A DNA stretch of 64,000 nt, from assembly GCA_043228905.1 (NCBI GenBank), contig JBHGNT010000022.1:1488001-1552000 (forward strand), written 5' to 3'. Shown piece by piece: positions 37,801 through 54,503 of this stretch (the first letter of the stretch is position 1; every line of letters starts with the position of its first letter). Position numbers and translations under genes: made by a program. This DNA comes from Azolla caroliniana (lineage: Eukaryota > Plantae > Polypodiophyta). Under the pieces are notes generated by a model. That model did not search any database, was not told where the DNA came from, and saw only the letters and a program-made list of their open reading frames with translations.

Positions 37801-40800
37801 TAAGTATAATTTATTTCAGACCACAAATTTGACCTCATCGTAAGTGAAATCAATCTCAACATCTTGTCACTTCTGAAAAGGAGGCTCATGCTTCCTAAGT
37901 AACATTGACTGTGGCTATCCAAATAGCTTGAGTGCATACATTGTAGATGATGAGAATGGAATTGATGAATTGTGTTTTTTTAAGTAAAGAACTAAAAAAA
38001 TCCAATCAACCTCTTGTATAGTGCAGTACTGCAATAATGCACAAGTCACAAATCAAATACAGCTCCACATGCTGCTACTTCAAAAGCTAGTAGTTTAAAG
38101 CACTCAACACATCATTCAGAGAGAGCTTTGAAAATTGTTAAACACTTAACAAGTGTTATCCATAACAAGCAGCTTACCATGCTGGTATGCAAGACTGTAT
38201 CCTCACAAATTATTAAATGTTGTGGAATCTCCAAAACAATGTCACCAACAGCTATGTCCTTAATTGCTCTTCCACCTCTTCCGAATTCCTCAAAAACTAA
38301 TAAATTACACACAATGTTATGTCTACCATAGAAACAACTGGTGAATAGAATACGTCATGCTAACAAGAGCAGAACAGAAGAACATTGATGTTCATTTGGT
38401 GACTGAAGAAAGTTTCAGGTTACTCAATACCCCTGGTTCTATTCTAGCATTCTTTTGTCAGATTCCTTTGTAATTGTACATTGCAATATAACTACTGCCC
38501 ATTCCTATTGAATATAAAATAACGTTTTTGCTATAAAAGAAGTTTGATATCATTATCCTCTTCAATTAATCACAATAATTCTTTCGTGCTGCAAAAATAT
38601 CACTTTAAACTAAGTAGTAAGGCCAATGACTGAAAACTGACCTGCCACGTCAATCTTGCTTTTGACCCCCTCGTTTTCGGCCCAAGTTAATAGCAATCTC
38701 TCAGCCTCACCTTCACAAACCACTCCTGGTTTAAAGGAATTCTGAGGGATTTCCATAGAGGCAAGCTTGTTCAATACAATGGCTATTAGAGTGCCAATCA
38801 TGTTATCGCTTTCTTTAACATCCTCAACGATCTGAAGGGCTGAAAGAACAGAATTGAGCGCCTCAACCTCATTCCTAGGACTGAAAGGACCATATTCATC
38901 ATCTTCAATGAAGTAAATCTCAACCTACATATTTGCAAGAAGAAATTCCCTCACTCTCCTTCTCCCTCTCTCCACATGTAACAAGGTTCAAAAAATAAGT
39001 GCAAACCTCATTAAGGCTCAAAATCCGGGCAACTTCAATCATTCCATCCAGAAACCTTTGGTATGTGTCAATAGAACCTTCAAGTGGTAACCAGAATGTA
39101 TGGGTATAACCTCTTTGTTCTATCAATTCCTACTCATCCTCAAAAGAAAGACAATAGAAGTTAGAAAGCAAACAAGTCTTTACAGATCAATATATATATT
39201 TTTCAGAACTATACCTACAAACATTTGTGGATTGAGAAATTTTAATGTTTGCCTTTGCATCACATGTACCTACATTTTTCTTTTGAAAAATGGGATCATC
39301 CTCTTCCCCCATTCGAAGTTCAACCTTCAGCTGTGTAAATTATAACATTCACAAAAATAAGCATGGCAAACACTTGCATGCTACATAAGACACTGAGAGT
39401 CCAACATAACAAACTATATAAAACGGAATGATGCAAATGTAATAACATTGACATCAATTCATTGAAGTAGAGCTCTGATTAAACATGAACGAGAACTCAG
39501 CCATAGTTTAAAATAATGTGCATAAGAGAATGTAAGAATGTTTGAAAGTTGAATGATGTATACGTTACTTTCTCAACTAAAAAAGTTCTTCCACATCAAT
39601 TAACTCCTACTTCACATATTGCAAATTTAAATTTTTTAATATAAGTTAAGGACCCATATTTTGATTTGTATTTCAAGACATTCCATTGAAAATATGCTGC
39701 TTTAAATTACAAAAATATTTTCAATTGATCTTTTTAAATACAAGAGTTAACAAATACAAAAGAAATTACAAATAAAGAAAGTCCTATGACTGGAATCATT
39801 CAGTGTTTACTCTGAGATAAGCTGGTTCCAGTGAAATTTTAACAATTATTGCATGTTTCAAGATATTAATGCAATTACTTGGGGTTGGGCTTAGCAATAA
39901 CTTTAAAAAGAAAGTCACAATCATCATCTTTTCATCCCAAAGTTCTACCATATACCTTGTCTATGGCCACCACTTTTTATTTACCCCAAATAACACATGC
40001 TCTTAGTATATCAAGAACAACGTCCATTGACAAGAGATTAACGACAAAGTTTAGGAAGATACTATGTCTCCATGGTACTAAAATTGAAAGAATGTGAATT
40101 ATTAGCACCCCATTGTTGAGCCAGTGAAAATCTTCCAGGTAATGACCTAAACTTTAAGTAATGTAAGCAAGTCAATCCAGACTGATATCAGTGTCATGGA
40201 AGCAATGCTCCATTCTCCCAAGCATGGCTCCACATAACTCTCATTGCATTTCTCTCCAGGCCGAACATATGAAACAGCGGCATTTCAAAATATTTTCCTT
40301 TATATATTACATGTTTAACTCTAAACGTTAGATGTTTTTCTACAGAAAACTACCTTTTGTGAAATTTACATCCACAAAAATATAGCAAAGACCTGCACTA
40401 GAATCCAGCAGGCACTTTATTGGTTGAAATTGTTTCTTTGCGAGTCATGACCGAGACAATATCAAAACTATGAGTGAACTCGATCAAAGAGGAGGTCCTT
40501 TGACACTATTTGAGAATGCTTGGGGGAAATAGTGCATTGTCAAATGATGCTTTCATTCACAGAGTTGAAATATTTAAACCAGCATAGAGACATAGGAACT
40601 CTTTCCTCCACTCCATTGTAAAGATATCTCATTCACTAATATGTTGGTTGAAATCTTTAAATCAGCATTGAGATATACAAGCTCTTTCTTCCACACCATT
40701 GTAAAAAACATCTACCCTCTCTTACCTTAAGGCATGTCAAGGTTTTGTTTCACCTTGTTATATTTTTGCAGCAAGTTATGTTACTACAGAAATCTCAATA

Positions 40801-41168
40801 TGGTGTAACAAACCCCCATCAAAGAATGCATGTTAGCAAATAAGATGCCTTTTAGATATAGCCTCCCCTAGTTTAGTGTACTTCTCAATTGCGTTAACCA
40901 AAATTTAGCTTTATATTTTGATAGTGCCTCTCCATATCGCCATAGTTTTAAAATAAAACCCTTGAAATTTTTGAGGCATTTTCGTATTTAGATGAAATGT
41001 TTTTATCATACAAACGTCATTTGAGATGTTTGTTCGTAGACACATGATTCCAAACAATTCAGTGGAAACGGGTTCAGAATGAAAAACCTTCAAATATGGG
41101 GATGGGATGCTGGTAAGAAGAAGTAGTTTCAAATAGAAGAAAACCTGTTGTTGGTTGGGCATGTCCAT
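34899..41168 (-). CDS. SET-domain / Rubisco-LSMT-like protein lysine methyltransferase, multi-exon
   Basis: Exon peptides: LKVELRMGEEDDPIFQKK, FGRGGRAIKDIAVGDIVLEIP, YTWDKFLWACELWYSNG, LVPILGLLNHG, GEQCFLNYGSLSNSHLLTFYGF and WDVDLAISYKNSQRRLL ending at stop 34899. The start ATG at 41168 is inferred. Confidence 0.85.
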
Positions 41169-41734
41169 GGCTTTTGATTTCAACCCCACTCCGCCGCTTT
41201 CTGCAGGATGAAAGCAGTCTTTCTTCCTCTCGACACAAGCAAGATAAGGAATCAAATCCACTCCATAGAAGATTCGCACATTCACTGTGCACACACACAC
41301 AGTCTTAAAGCCCCATTAGCCAAAAACCCTTAATCGCTGGGGCCGGCTCTAGGAATCGGCAACGGTTCGGTTTCGGCTTAACCGGTTTGGCCTTGTGAGC
41401 CGATAATAATAATATACACTACTTTGGCTCTGAAGTAGTCTTTCAGGGTTCGAGGGTAGCAACACATTCGATTTGCGGGCTCAAACATACCAATTCCGTT
41501 GGCATTAACGGAACAAATTGGATGGCGTATATATTTTTGGTGTGTATGGTACACCATTCATGGAACAATTTGGATGGCATTTGATTTGCGGGCTCAAACA
41601 TACCAATTCGGTTGGCATTCACAAAACAAAATGTAGGATGAAAGCAAGCTTTGTCAATATCTAATAACAATGGATGTGTGTGTGTGTGTGTGCACATATG
41701 TATGTGCGTATGTATTTATGTATGAATACATTTC

Positions 41735-42450
41735 TCTTGTTGTAAAACTCCTAAGAACCAACAACAATGGATTTGGATGGATGGATGGATACATATATTT
41801 TCTTATTAAGAACTCCCGATAACCAGCAACAATGGATATATATGTATGTATTTATGGATACATATTTTTCTTATTGTGAACTCCCGATAACCAACGATAA
41901 TGGATATATATGTATGTATTTCTGGATCCATATTTTTCTTGTTCTAAACTCCCGATAACCAACAACAATGGATATATATGTATGTATTTCTGGATCCATA
42001 TTTTTCTTGTTCTAAACTCCCGATAACCAACAACAATGGATATATATGTATGTATTTCTGGATCCATATTTTCTTGTTCTAAACTCCAGATAACCAACAA
42101 CAATGGATATATATGTATGTATTTCTGGATCCATATTTTTCTTGTTCTAAACTCCCAATAATCAATAACAAATAACCAATAAACATATGTATGTATGTAT
42201 GCATGTATGCATGCATGCATGGATGTATGTATGTATGTATGTATGTATGTATGCAAGTAAGTAAGTAAGTATGTATGGATGGATGGATGGATGGATGGAT
42301 GGATGTATGTATGTAAGTAAGTAAGTAAGTAAGTATGGATGGATGGATGGATGGATGGATGTATGTATGTATGTAAGTAAGTAAGTAAGTATGGATGGAT
42401 GGATGGATGAATTAGATACATATATTTTTTGTTCTAAATCTCTAATAAAC
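41735..42450. repeat. ~68-bp minisatellite (~7 copies) followed by compound (GTAT/GGAT/GTAA)n microsatellite
   Basis: GTTCTAAACTCC recurs at 41941, 42009, 42076 and 42144; CTCCCGATAACC also occurs at 41813 and 41881. Confidence 0.9.
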
Positions 42451-42452
42451 AT

Positions 42453-42526
42453 GCTCTAGTAGCTCAGTTGGTTAGAGCGTATGGCTGTTAACCATAAGGT
42501 CGGAGGTTCAAACCCTCCCTGGAGCG
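42453..42526 (+). tRNA. tRNA-Asn(GUU)
   Basis: GCTCTAG...CTGGAGC acceptor stem, A box TAGCTCAGTTGG, anticodon arm TATGG CTGTTAA CCATA, T arm GGAGG TTCAAAC CCTCC; 74 nt. Confidence 0.93.
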
Positions 42527-44878
42527 GTATTGGTTATATCAGTTTGCTTTCTCAGCACTCTTTTAGAAGAACAAAGAGGAAATTCAATATGTAATATATA
42601 TTTGTATACCATCGACACCATTTTCTACATCCAATTTCTTCCTTCAAATTTGCAAGAAGTTGTAAAATAAATATAAAAAAACAACTCATTTTATGTGCGA
42701 AATTATCATTTTTGTAGTTATCTCCTTATGAGAAACCACCTCTTTTATGCATGAATTTTACCTCATTTCATTATCCTCGTATAGATCGCGCAGGCACAAA
42801 AATGTGAGATTCAAAAAGACGCGATGAAAAATTCTAGGATGATGGAAGAGACTCAAAATGTGCTCATAAGACGTTCCTCGTCTACAATGTTAACACTTTG
42901 GTTTTCTCGTTAGATGGATAACCTTGTTGTAAAGCTATATATATTCAAACTATATGTCTCCTCTTGAGTATCCAAGACCTCGTGAATCGATTAGAAATAC
43001 GCAAAACATATATAAAAAAAATTCCTGAAATATGCTTTTGCCAAAACTTTTGATGACTATTTCTATATCACCAATAATAAAAAATCAACCAACTCTACAA
43101 TAAATGTTGTTGTATGACTCTATCTTCTTATTTCAACATTGTTCTTAAGCTTGTTTTTTGAATGTTTACCATGTGTGAAGCAAAGTTATCCATTAACAAT
43201 GATGAACTAGACATGAAAACATGTCGAACACCAAGTCCATAACCATCAAAGCTATTTCATCATAAAAATCTCACAAAATTAGAACTCTCAAGAAAGTAAA
43301 CATAAATACAAGTCTCCTTGTGAATCAAATGCTTAATTTTCCAAACTCTAGGGTTGTTTTGATTTTTTTATGATGATTCCATGCTAGAGTTCGGATATGG
43401 AATGTTTGAGCAAAAATAAATAAATACAAGTTAGCTTGCAAATCCCTTGCTCAATTAAACCATAGAATTGTTTGTATTTTTGTCAACAACCAAGTGATGA
43501 GGATCACTGTTTGCCCAAACTTAGAAATCCTTCCACTCCCCCATTTTCAACACATTTCAAATGTCTCACCTATTGAAGGTATGCTTCCAATCGACAACCT
43601 TCTAGTCCAGTTGAAGGTATGCGTCCATTACCATCCTTCTCAACTAATAGAAGGTAGGCATGTTTCCAACTATTCAATTACAAACATGAAAAGCTGCGAA
43701 ATTCTCCATGCATGCAACATTAGGTTCAACATTTCACCTTGTAGCTTGACAATCTCATGTGTGTTTCTACATTCGTTTTATATATCAAGATCTTTGTGAA
43801 GGAAATGATTCTTTCATATTAGTTGTGACAAAGAGACAGGTTTGACGGATGTTGTTCAAATAGGTATAGCACATCTAAATGGAAAAAGTATTGTGCTTGG
43901 TGTTATAGACTATAGTTTCATGGGAGAAACTATGGGCTCTATCATGGACGAAAATATTACCCACTTGATTGTGTGTGCAACGTGCGAGTCTCTCCCACAT
44001 AATCATAGTATGTGCTTCTGGTGGTGCTCGTATGCAAGAAGGAATGTTAAGCTTAATGCAAATGGCTAAGATCTCTTCTGCATTTAGAAATAACAAGTTT
44101 AGAAGAAATTGCATTATAGAAATCGACATGGTATGACATTAGAACTTAGAAGATGTAAATGCTCCACAGACAACAACATAATTTATATTAGTTAGGGGGA
44201 AGCATGCTTTTGATCTTAATACATTCATGAGCATACTCCGTTTTCTTGACTTTGTATTTAAGCGTTTTTCATTTCATCCATAAATTTACATAGAACAACA
44301 TGAAATTGTATGGGATACTTTGTTAGAAATTTCTTCATGAGTCAGTTGTCGTGTTTTGTAGTTTGAGCATATTCCTCAACATTATTTCTAAATAGTGAAG
44401 AAGTTGAGATTGTTATTTGCAGTTACAACAAAATGGAAAGACTGTAAATTTATAACCAATGGACCCATCTTCACCAAAAGCATTCTAATAAAAAAACCAT
44501 ATTCATTGAATCTAGACTTGTGTGGCTCCAGTTTGCACGTCTTTATTGTTGGGCATCGTTGCCCAGTAGAATGGATGATTGCATCACTTTTTGAGAATTA
44601 TACACCGGTGTGAAAAGATTTCAAAGTTTTTACTAATTAGTAATACCACCTAAAATATATTTAAATGCATGAAAACATTTTATATACATTTGTATTATTT
44701 TCTTATAATTTCCAATTAATAAATTCTTACAAAAGAGTCTTTGATTGATGAAAACTCTTGGCCTGGTCTAATATTGATTTTGACCAGAATATTTCGTTTA
44801 CATGAAGTGGATTCCCGGTAGACACATGAAGAATATTCACAGTATAATTTTAACATTAAAAAATGTCAGGGATATGAA

Positions 44879-44952
44879 GCTCTAGTAGCTCAGTTGGTTA
44901 GAGCGTATGGCTGTTAACCATAAGGTCGGAGGTTCAAACCCTCCCTGGAGCG
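44879..44952 (+). tRNA. tRNA-Asn(GUU), identical second copy
   Basis: 74-nt sequence identical to 42453-42526; TTTT about 20 nt downstream. Confidence 0.93.
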
Positions 44953-46724
44953 ATATCGATTGTGAATCCCTTTTGGTTTTCTCCTATTTTTAGATTTAGA
45001 AAATCTCTTGTCATATCAATCCAGTTGTGTAAAATAAAATAGCATAATAGCCAAAACATTCATGAGTTTGCTTTGATGACACTATATTGTAAGCTTACAA
45101 TATCTTTCATTCAAACCATTAATTAAAATGATATTCCTATATCTATGAAACGATTAAATCCACGTCCAATCAATGTGTTCTAAGAATCTTGATATATTTG
45201 TATTTGTTATCGATTGAATATATCATTCTCGATGTTTCAATTAAATCATCACAAATGATTCAACCGTAGATTCCATTGACAACATAATCGTATAAGGCAA
45301 CACCCATTTTAAACCCTTTCCAATCCTCACAATGAAAAGCACTAATATCACTCAAAAACCTTTGCTATATCTCAAAATGAAATTAAAGCACTAATGTCAT
45401 TCAAAACCCGTTCCTATCCCTTGCGATGAAATCAAAGCACTAACATCCCTCGAAACCCTTTTCACTCCCTCATGATGTAACAAATATTCTCAAGTACCGC
45501 AAATAAAACATATGATTTCCGATCACCTACAAATATATGAGCAATAATACGATATATCCATTATATAAAACATATGATTTCCGATCACATACAAATATAT
45601 GAGCAATAATACGATATATCCATTATTTAAGCAATTCTCCTTTCATAATAATGTCTTCTTTCATCGTGTTACAATTAGTTTTATCTATCACTATCACAAG
45701 CACATGGCATTGTCCAATTGAGATGATTTTACCAACATCCCCCTCTCCACATTCAGCTGCATAGAAATTTTAACTAGTAAACACATGCCTTAACAATACA
45801 CCAGTTATCTTCAAGCACATGAAATACAGTGGTGATCAGGTTCTACACCAAAGCTCAAAAATTTGTCTTACAAGAGATGACATGCAAAGAACACTAGGTT
45901 CTATGATACCCAAATCTGCTGGTTTTACACAAATGCTCTTAACTACAGCATAGAAGAATAGACTGACTCCATAAAGAGAAGATCATAATTAGAAACGAAC
46001 ATATAGTTGAACCAATAGAAAATCCACGTTTAAGCACTCCTGCTTCGAACAAAAATCAAGCAGAGAATAATCTTTCTGTTGGAAACAAAAACATTACATC
46101 TTTCTTAAATCAATGTGGATGAGATCAAAGCAGAGAATATTCTTTTTGTTGGAAATAAAACATTACATCTTTCTTAAATCAATGTGGATGAGACGGCAAC
46201 TAAGGAATTTTGTAATCAACATGTGATGACTGAAAATAAATTCCAAAAGAAAGACAGTATGACCAATCACCAGGGGTGGTGGTATCAGCCATATGAACAC
46301 CAAGTGATTTACCAGGCAAATTAGTTAAAGGCATTGCCAGCCCACTGGATTAGATGCAGAGGATAGGTGATTCAAGACTTAAAACAATTCTATGCTACAA
46401 AGACTTGAAGAAAAGAGCTTACACCTGCAAACAATATGCCATTAAAACAACCTATTACATTGATAACAAATAGAGTCTCTGACAAAATTGCCGTTACAGA
46501 CACCCAGACAAAATTGCCACCACAGCAAAGCGCTTCAATACTACATGATTGGATGAAAAATCACACCACTCACACCATTCTACTGATAAAAATGTAAGTC
46601 TCTTGACAAAATTGTCATTAGGCAAAGCTGTTTATAGCTACATCCCATGGAAAATTACACAACTCTGCTGAAAGATGATACGATGATCATGTGATAAGAC
46701 AACTTGCATAGGAGAAAAGATTCT

Positions 46725-49180
<2,456 letters not shown>

Positions 49181-49182
49181 GG

Positions 49183-49377
49183 CTAGGGTTTGGGGGAGGG
49201 TCTGTGGAGGCAGGCGAAGCGCTCCTTCTCCTTCTCCTTCGTCTTCTTCTTCTTCGTCTTCTTCGTCTTCTTCTTCGCCGAAGAGAGAGTCGAGTCTGCA
49301 GAAGCAGAGAGTGGAGATGAGATGAGATGAGATGAGATGAGATGAACGGAGATCACCAAAACCCTAAAAAAAGGCCC
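49183..49377. promoter_or_regulatory. Telo-boxes and site II-like motif of the RPS27 promoter/5' UTR
   Basis: AAACCCTAG on the - strand at 49183-49191, AAACCCTAA at 49359-49367 and GGCCC at ~49373, typical of plant ribosomal protein genes. Confidence 0.6.
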
Positions 49378-50249
49378 CCCCCCCCTCATCAGACCAACAA
49401 CCATTGGGTGGGTTCACACACACACTTACTTACTTTGCAATAGGCCGGATAATTGGTGAAGGAAAAGGAGTGTCTCGGAGTAGAGTCAAGCACTTAATAT
49501 CGATTTAAGTTAGGGCCCTCCATCGAGTTCACGAAGCTCGAAAAAAAAAGGCCGAAACCTCGGGTGTCACGCTGAAGCCCGGCGTGGGAGAATCGAGTGA
49601 TGATTACACATTCCGTTTTGCCTGCATATGGTGCGACAACACTGAGCCTCCCATTACAAAAAGAAAAAGAAAAAAAAATGGGGCATTATCTTCATCCGTA
49701 ATGGGCGGGCGTCAGCAAAGATGGAATCAATCAGGCATATATTAAGTAAGACTAACAATGTCAAGAGATATGATGTCGTCGCCTCCTCTTGGGACATTGC
49801 CTTGAAACTCAAGGATTTCACATCAAAGCTCTATCAAGTTACTCCATTGTTATGTATCTGCCATCCAAGACACAAGTTGTGGAGACAACACGACACCAAC
49901 AAGAGATATTGAGCTCAACAATACATTAGGAAAAGGGGGACAGAGTAAATCCCAATCGAAAGCTTTGTAGCCAATGGGTACCGTAATCTTAGTGTGAAAG
50001 GAACCCCTCCCTTTTGTAAAAAGTTATTAAAGCCACTCTTTCATGACTTGTGTAGCTCTTCTCCATTCTAAAGGTTTCACCTTTTACTTAGTGATATAGA
50101 GTTGTTACTGTATCTCATAATCCTCTATTTAAGTCCAAGCGTGATTCTAGGTTAATATATAATTAACCTTACTTTAATCACATCTACTACTTTTTATGGT
50201 GCTAGTCACTCTTTCAGAATAAGAATATTGTTAAGTAACATCTCATATC

Positions 50250-50280
<31 letters not shown>

Positions 50281-51269
50281 AGAGGGAGGGAGCAAGTGAG
50301 AGAGCAGGTATAAGCATTGGCCACTAAGGTTAGTCAAGCTAGTAGCTCAAAAGTGATTGACAGCCACTCTTGCCTGGTTTGTTACCTACAAGGTATACAC
50401 CCATCCATATCCTTAGCCCAACAATATTTTTGGGAAATATAACTCCATTGATCTTTAAGACATGTTCCGGTGTCGTGCATATGGAAGCCACACATCCATG
50501 TAACGAAGTTGAGATAATCCCTCTCGTATTTGCTCAATTCATGAACTTTTGCGCAATTAGTAATTTTGATATCTATATTTAATTATTTACTACAAATCTT
50601 CTATTAGAAACTAATAAGATCAAAGGAGGAATGTGCTAGACTTTTTGCCTCAAATTTCTGATTTGGAGGCGCAATTTTACACAATTTTGGAGCTTAATTA
50701 TCAAAAGATAAAACTTAGATTGTTGTATCATAAACGTCATCATGCCAAAAAGATTTCACCTTGAGGGTTGCAAAGGAACTTTCAGATTGTGATTCTAACC
50801 ATTGAATGAGAAGTTGGGCACTTCTCCTTGCTTGAATCATCTCCTCCTCTTCAAACCTTCTCCTCCTTTAGCGTTCTCCTTGCCCCAACCGTTTCTCTTC
50901 TCTCTCTCTTTCTCTCTACCTTTTCCTCCCTTTTACTTTTCCTCTTAGTTCTTTCGTTTCCCATTTAGACTTGAACAAATAAAATAAAACTATCTACCTC
51001 ACAACCCAAGGGATGGGGACAATATTAATTTCCCTAAATACCCTTCACACTTCCCAACATACATATACACACACATGTATATTGAAAACCTTAACACAAA
51101 CTTTAAACATTAATCCACATTTACACACTAGCTTACTTACACATATGATCATCCAAATAAATATACACCTTGCCTTATCCTATGCCACATGTTTCTACCT
51201 TCTCGCTTGTGATATTCCATGGGATGAAGTAGCATTAATGAATCAATTCTAGTATGGGTTGCGAAATGA

Positions 51270-52740
51270 TGTAAAAGATTTGTTATTAACCTTTTGTGAA
51301 GATCCAAGATTGCCTATAGAGGCGATTGGTCAAGTAGTACAATGCGATAATTGCTTATTAGAGCAATATTCAAAGTGTGCAGACTAGTGTCACGACTAAG
51401 AACAAATCAAACATATGCTTTAGTAGTAGTCTTGACAGCGTTGTGCATTACCCAAACATCCTACATGATTTCCGCAATTGTTCCCAATCCAATCAAGATC
51501 GATGTAGCATGTTATCAAGAGCCATTATTTGAAGCTAAGAAACAATGACACTGGGAAAACCGTCTATCATTGTATTGTGGTGGTCCAAGACACATAGTGA
51601 TCACTTGCCCACAAAGGCCAAAACGACCAATAAACAGTCGTGGGAATTTAATTTTGATCCCCTAGTTGCATGCCATTGAGTTATTGCCTTTCTTCCCTTT
51701 GATTTAGGAGCCAACTCTTGTTTTATAAACAACGAGTTTGCTTTAAACTAGAAAATCCTATTGAGTAACCTCCCCTTTCCCACGTCTATTATAGTCATTG
51801 ATGATCTCTATTGCATCTAGAGATATGGTTGAAGAATCAAACCCAATTCAAGTAGTCCTTGATAACTTGGATTGTGTGATTTCCTTAAACATAATTGTGC
51901 CCTAAGCAATCGTTTGTCCTTGGTTTGCCTTAGCTTGAGCTTCATAATCTTGAAATTGATTGGAGAAAGCGACTAATCAATTATCCCAACAAGAAACTAA
52001 GTCCAACTTACTTGTTGCTACTAAGGAAGATTCAAAGCCTTGCTAAATCTTGATCATCTCTCTACAAAGGTTACGAGAAGATGCTCGTAAAGATGAAATG
52101 TTTGTATTTGCAAATATGGAAACTCCATCCTCTTGTCCACAATGATTGAATGCCATCCTCCCTACTAAGTATCCGGAATTCGCAAATGTCTTCCACAAGG
52201 ACATAACTAGTAGTCTCCCATAACATTACGCTTATGATTGTCCTCTCAATCTACAATTGAAGAAAGAGCCATCGTGGTGGCCAATCTATAGTCTATCACC
52301 CTATGGGCTAAAGGCCCTTCGAGAGTATATAAAGGAGCACTTGGTAAATGGATACATTTAACATTCTAAAATCCTTGCCAATGCTCCCATTTTCTTTGTC
52401 ATGAAGAAAGAGTGGTCTCTATGACTAGTAGTGGATTATTGAGGTTTGAACAAAATCGCGATTCAAAACAAATCTTGCTTTGCCCTTGATATTGAGTCTC
52501 CTAGAGTGCCTTAATGGAGCCAAAATTTTCTCAAAGCTAGACTTTTGAGGCACTTATAGCCTTGTTCCGATACATCTAGGCGATGAATGGAATATGACAT
52601 TTCCGCACTTGATATGGACACTTTGAGTACACAATTATGCCTTTCAGTCTCACAAGTGCACTTGCAAAATTTCAACGCATGGAGAATAATATTCTCCACG
52701 AAATCTTGTATATATTCAACAAAGTATATCTAGAGATGAC
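51270..52740 (+). mobile_element. Heavily decayed Gypsy (chromovirus-like) gag-PR-RT fragment
   Basis: Remnant CCHC knuckle (YCGGP.H....CP, ~51572), LPTKYPEFANVF, PIYSLSP, APIFFV.KK and FSKLD-like motifs, colinear with the nested element's pol. Confidence 0.7.
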
Positions 52741-54201
52741 ATCTTGATATGTAATTTTCTTATTTTGATCCTCATTGTATCTTGTGTCCTTGTTATACCT
52801 TTGCACTATCCTCATCTGAGCTTATCACATCACAACGACTTAAGACGCTGCCCTCATTATTTGTATCAAAACCATCATCTAGTAGAGATCATTGTAATTC
52901 TTTGCAAAAAGAGTTACTCATGTCTTCTTGATTATTATGTTGGGTTGGAAAGGAGAGATCGTGCTCTCAATTTAATTGCTTGTGTCATAGGTGGAAGATG
53001 TAGTTGAGGCTAGATCTGAATGAAATTTGGAGTTTGTTGATGCATGACAATTATTACTCATTCCCCCCATTTATGGGTTTATCTGGCAACAACAACAAAA
53101 TATAACATTGATGCAAGGTCCTTTACTTTTGTAAACATCATTTTTACGAGTGACTACTAATCTATTGCATAATTGCTCTTTTTGGGTATAGAGAAAACAA
53201 ACTAAACTAGAACCTAACGGTGTCTATCTAGCTCGGCCGTAACACTTAGCATGGTAAATAGTTGGTTGGTCAGCACATGAAAATATGAGTCACATTACTC
53301 AACTAAGAAAAATGGTCCTTCGGTTGATTGTCGCTTGAGTTGAAGGGTGTTTGTATATTAGGTCGAACACTGAATTTTGATTCTATGCTTGTGTACTTGC
53401 TCAAAGTTTTTCCAAATTTCATGTACTATTAAAAGATGAGGAGATATTTGAGATACAAACTGAGCTCCCCTATATACATATATCCAACACACTTGAAGAT
53501 GGGATAAATCACTCGACGTGTTTATAACTTTGTCATATTGTTTAAACAAGGGAAAATCTTTCAAATATACTCAAGTTCCCTTATTTTCCCGTTGTTTCTA
53601 TCATATGCTCGTGGCCTCTTGAAGAATTGGTGAATCACTCAGAACTCCCCATTCGGTGAACACCCCTTACAAAGTACGAGAGGATCTGGAATGATTCATT
53701 GGGGAGGGGACTAGGCCCCTTCCTCGATTAGTAGTATGTATTCAACTACGAACACAATTTTTACGCAAATGTCAACTAATAATCCTATGCCCTGCGTTCA
53801 CTACACGCCCGACTTTTTCTGGTTAGTACAAGTGAGGGTTACGAGCGTTTTCAAGGGTCGCCCCCCACCCGGTGCCAATTAGGCGGGTGTTCCCTTCCAA
53901 GAACGGACCACATGCTCCTAATATTTAGGGACTCAGTGGAGCAAGCCGAAGCATGAAATGAACCGTGTTGGGTCCGGACAAATCCCCCGGGCCTTTGGTC
54001 GGTCGGGAGGCGGACAAAAGCCGGGCCCGGTCGAGAGCGACGGACAAAACCCGAGGCCTTCTTCTTCGGGCGGGTCGAGAGGTTTTATGATTCTGAATAC
54101 TACTGATAAGGAAATTAGAACACTTTTTTATATGTAAATCAGAAGAAGAAGGAGAAGAAGAAGGAGAAGAAGAAGAAGAAGAAGAGAAGGAGAAGAAAGG
54201 A

Positions 54202-54426
54202 ATGGAAGGAGGAGGAATGGTGGGGACAGGATCGATTCCGGAGGAGGCCTACCTCGCAGTCGCTGGCGTGGAGCAGGCTCTGTCGTGTTTGGAAGAGAAG
54301 CTAGGGTTCCTCCTGCCTCTCCTTCAGAGCCATGACTTGCTTCGGACGCTCTCACCTCTCCACCGCGCGGCTGCTTTCCTCTCCATATCCAAGGCTCTCA
54401 ATGCGGTTTTCACAGGTACGAGGCTC

Positions 54427-54503
<77 letters not shown>

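Noticed and set aside
41852-42452. 189-aa and 96-aa repetitive ORFs
   Set aside because: Translations of mini- and microsatellite sequence.
42700-44800. Possible transposase or integrase remnant between the tRNA-Asn genes
   Set aside because: Only vague motif echoes; no consistent frame, TIRs or LTRs could be supported.
45500-46195. Short tandem duplications (~62 bp at 45505-45627; ~70 bp at 46055-46192), and similar ones at 11856-11944 and 37550-37900
   Set aside because: Ordinary local slippage duplications with no sign of function.
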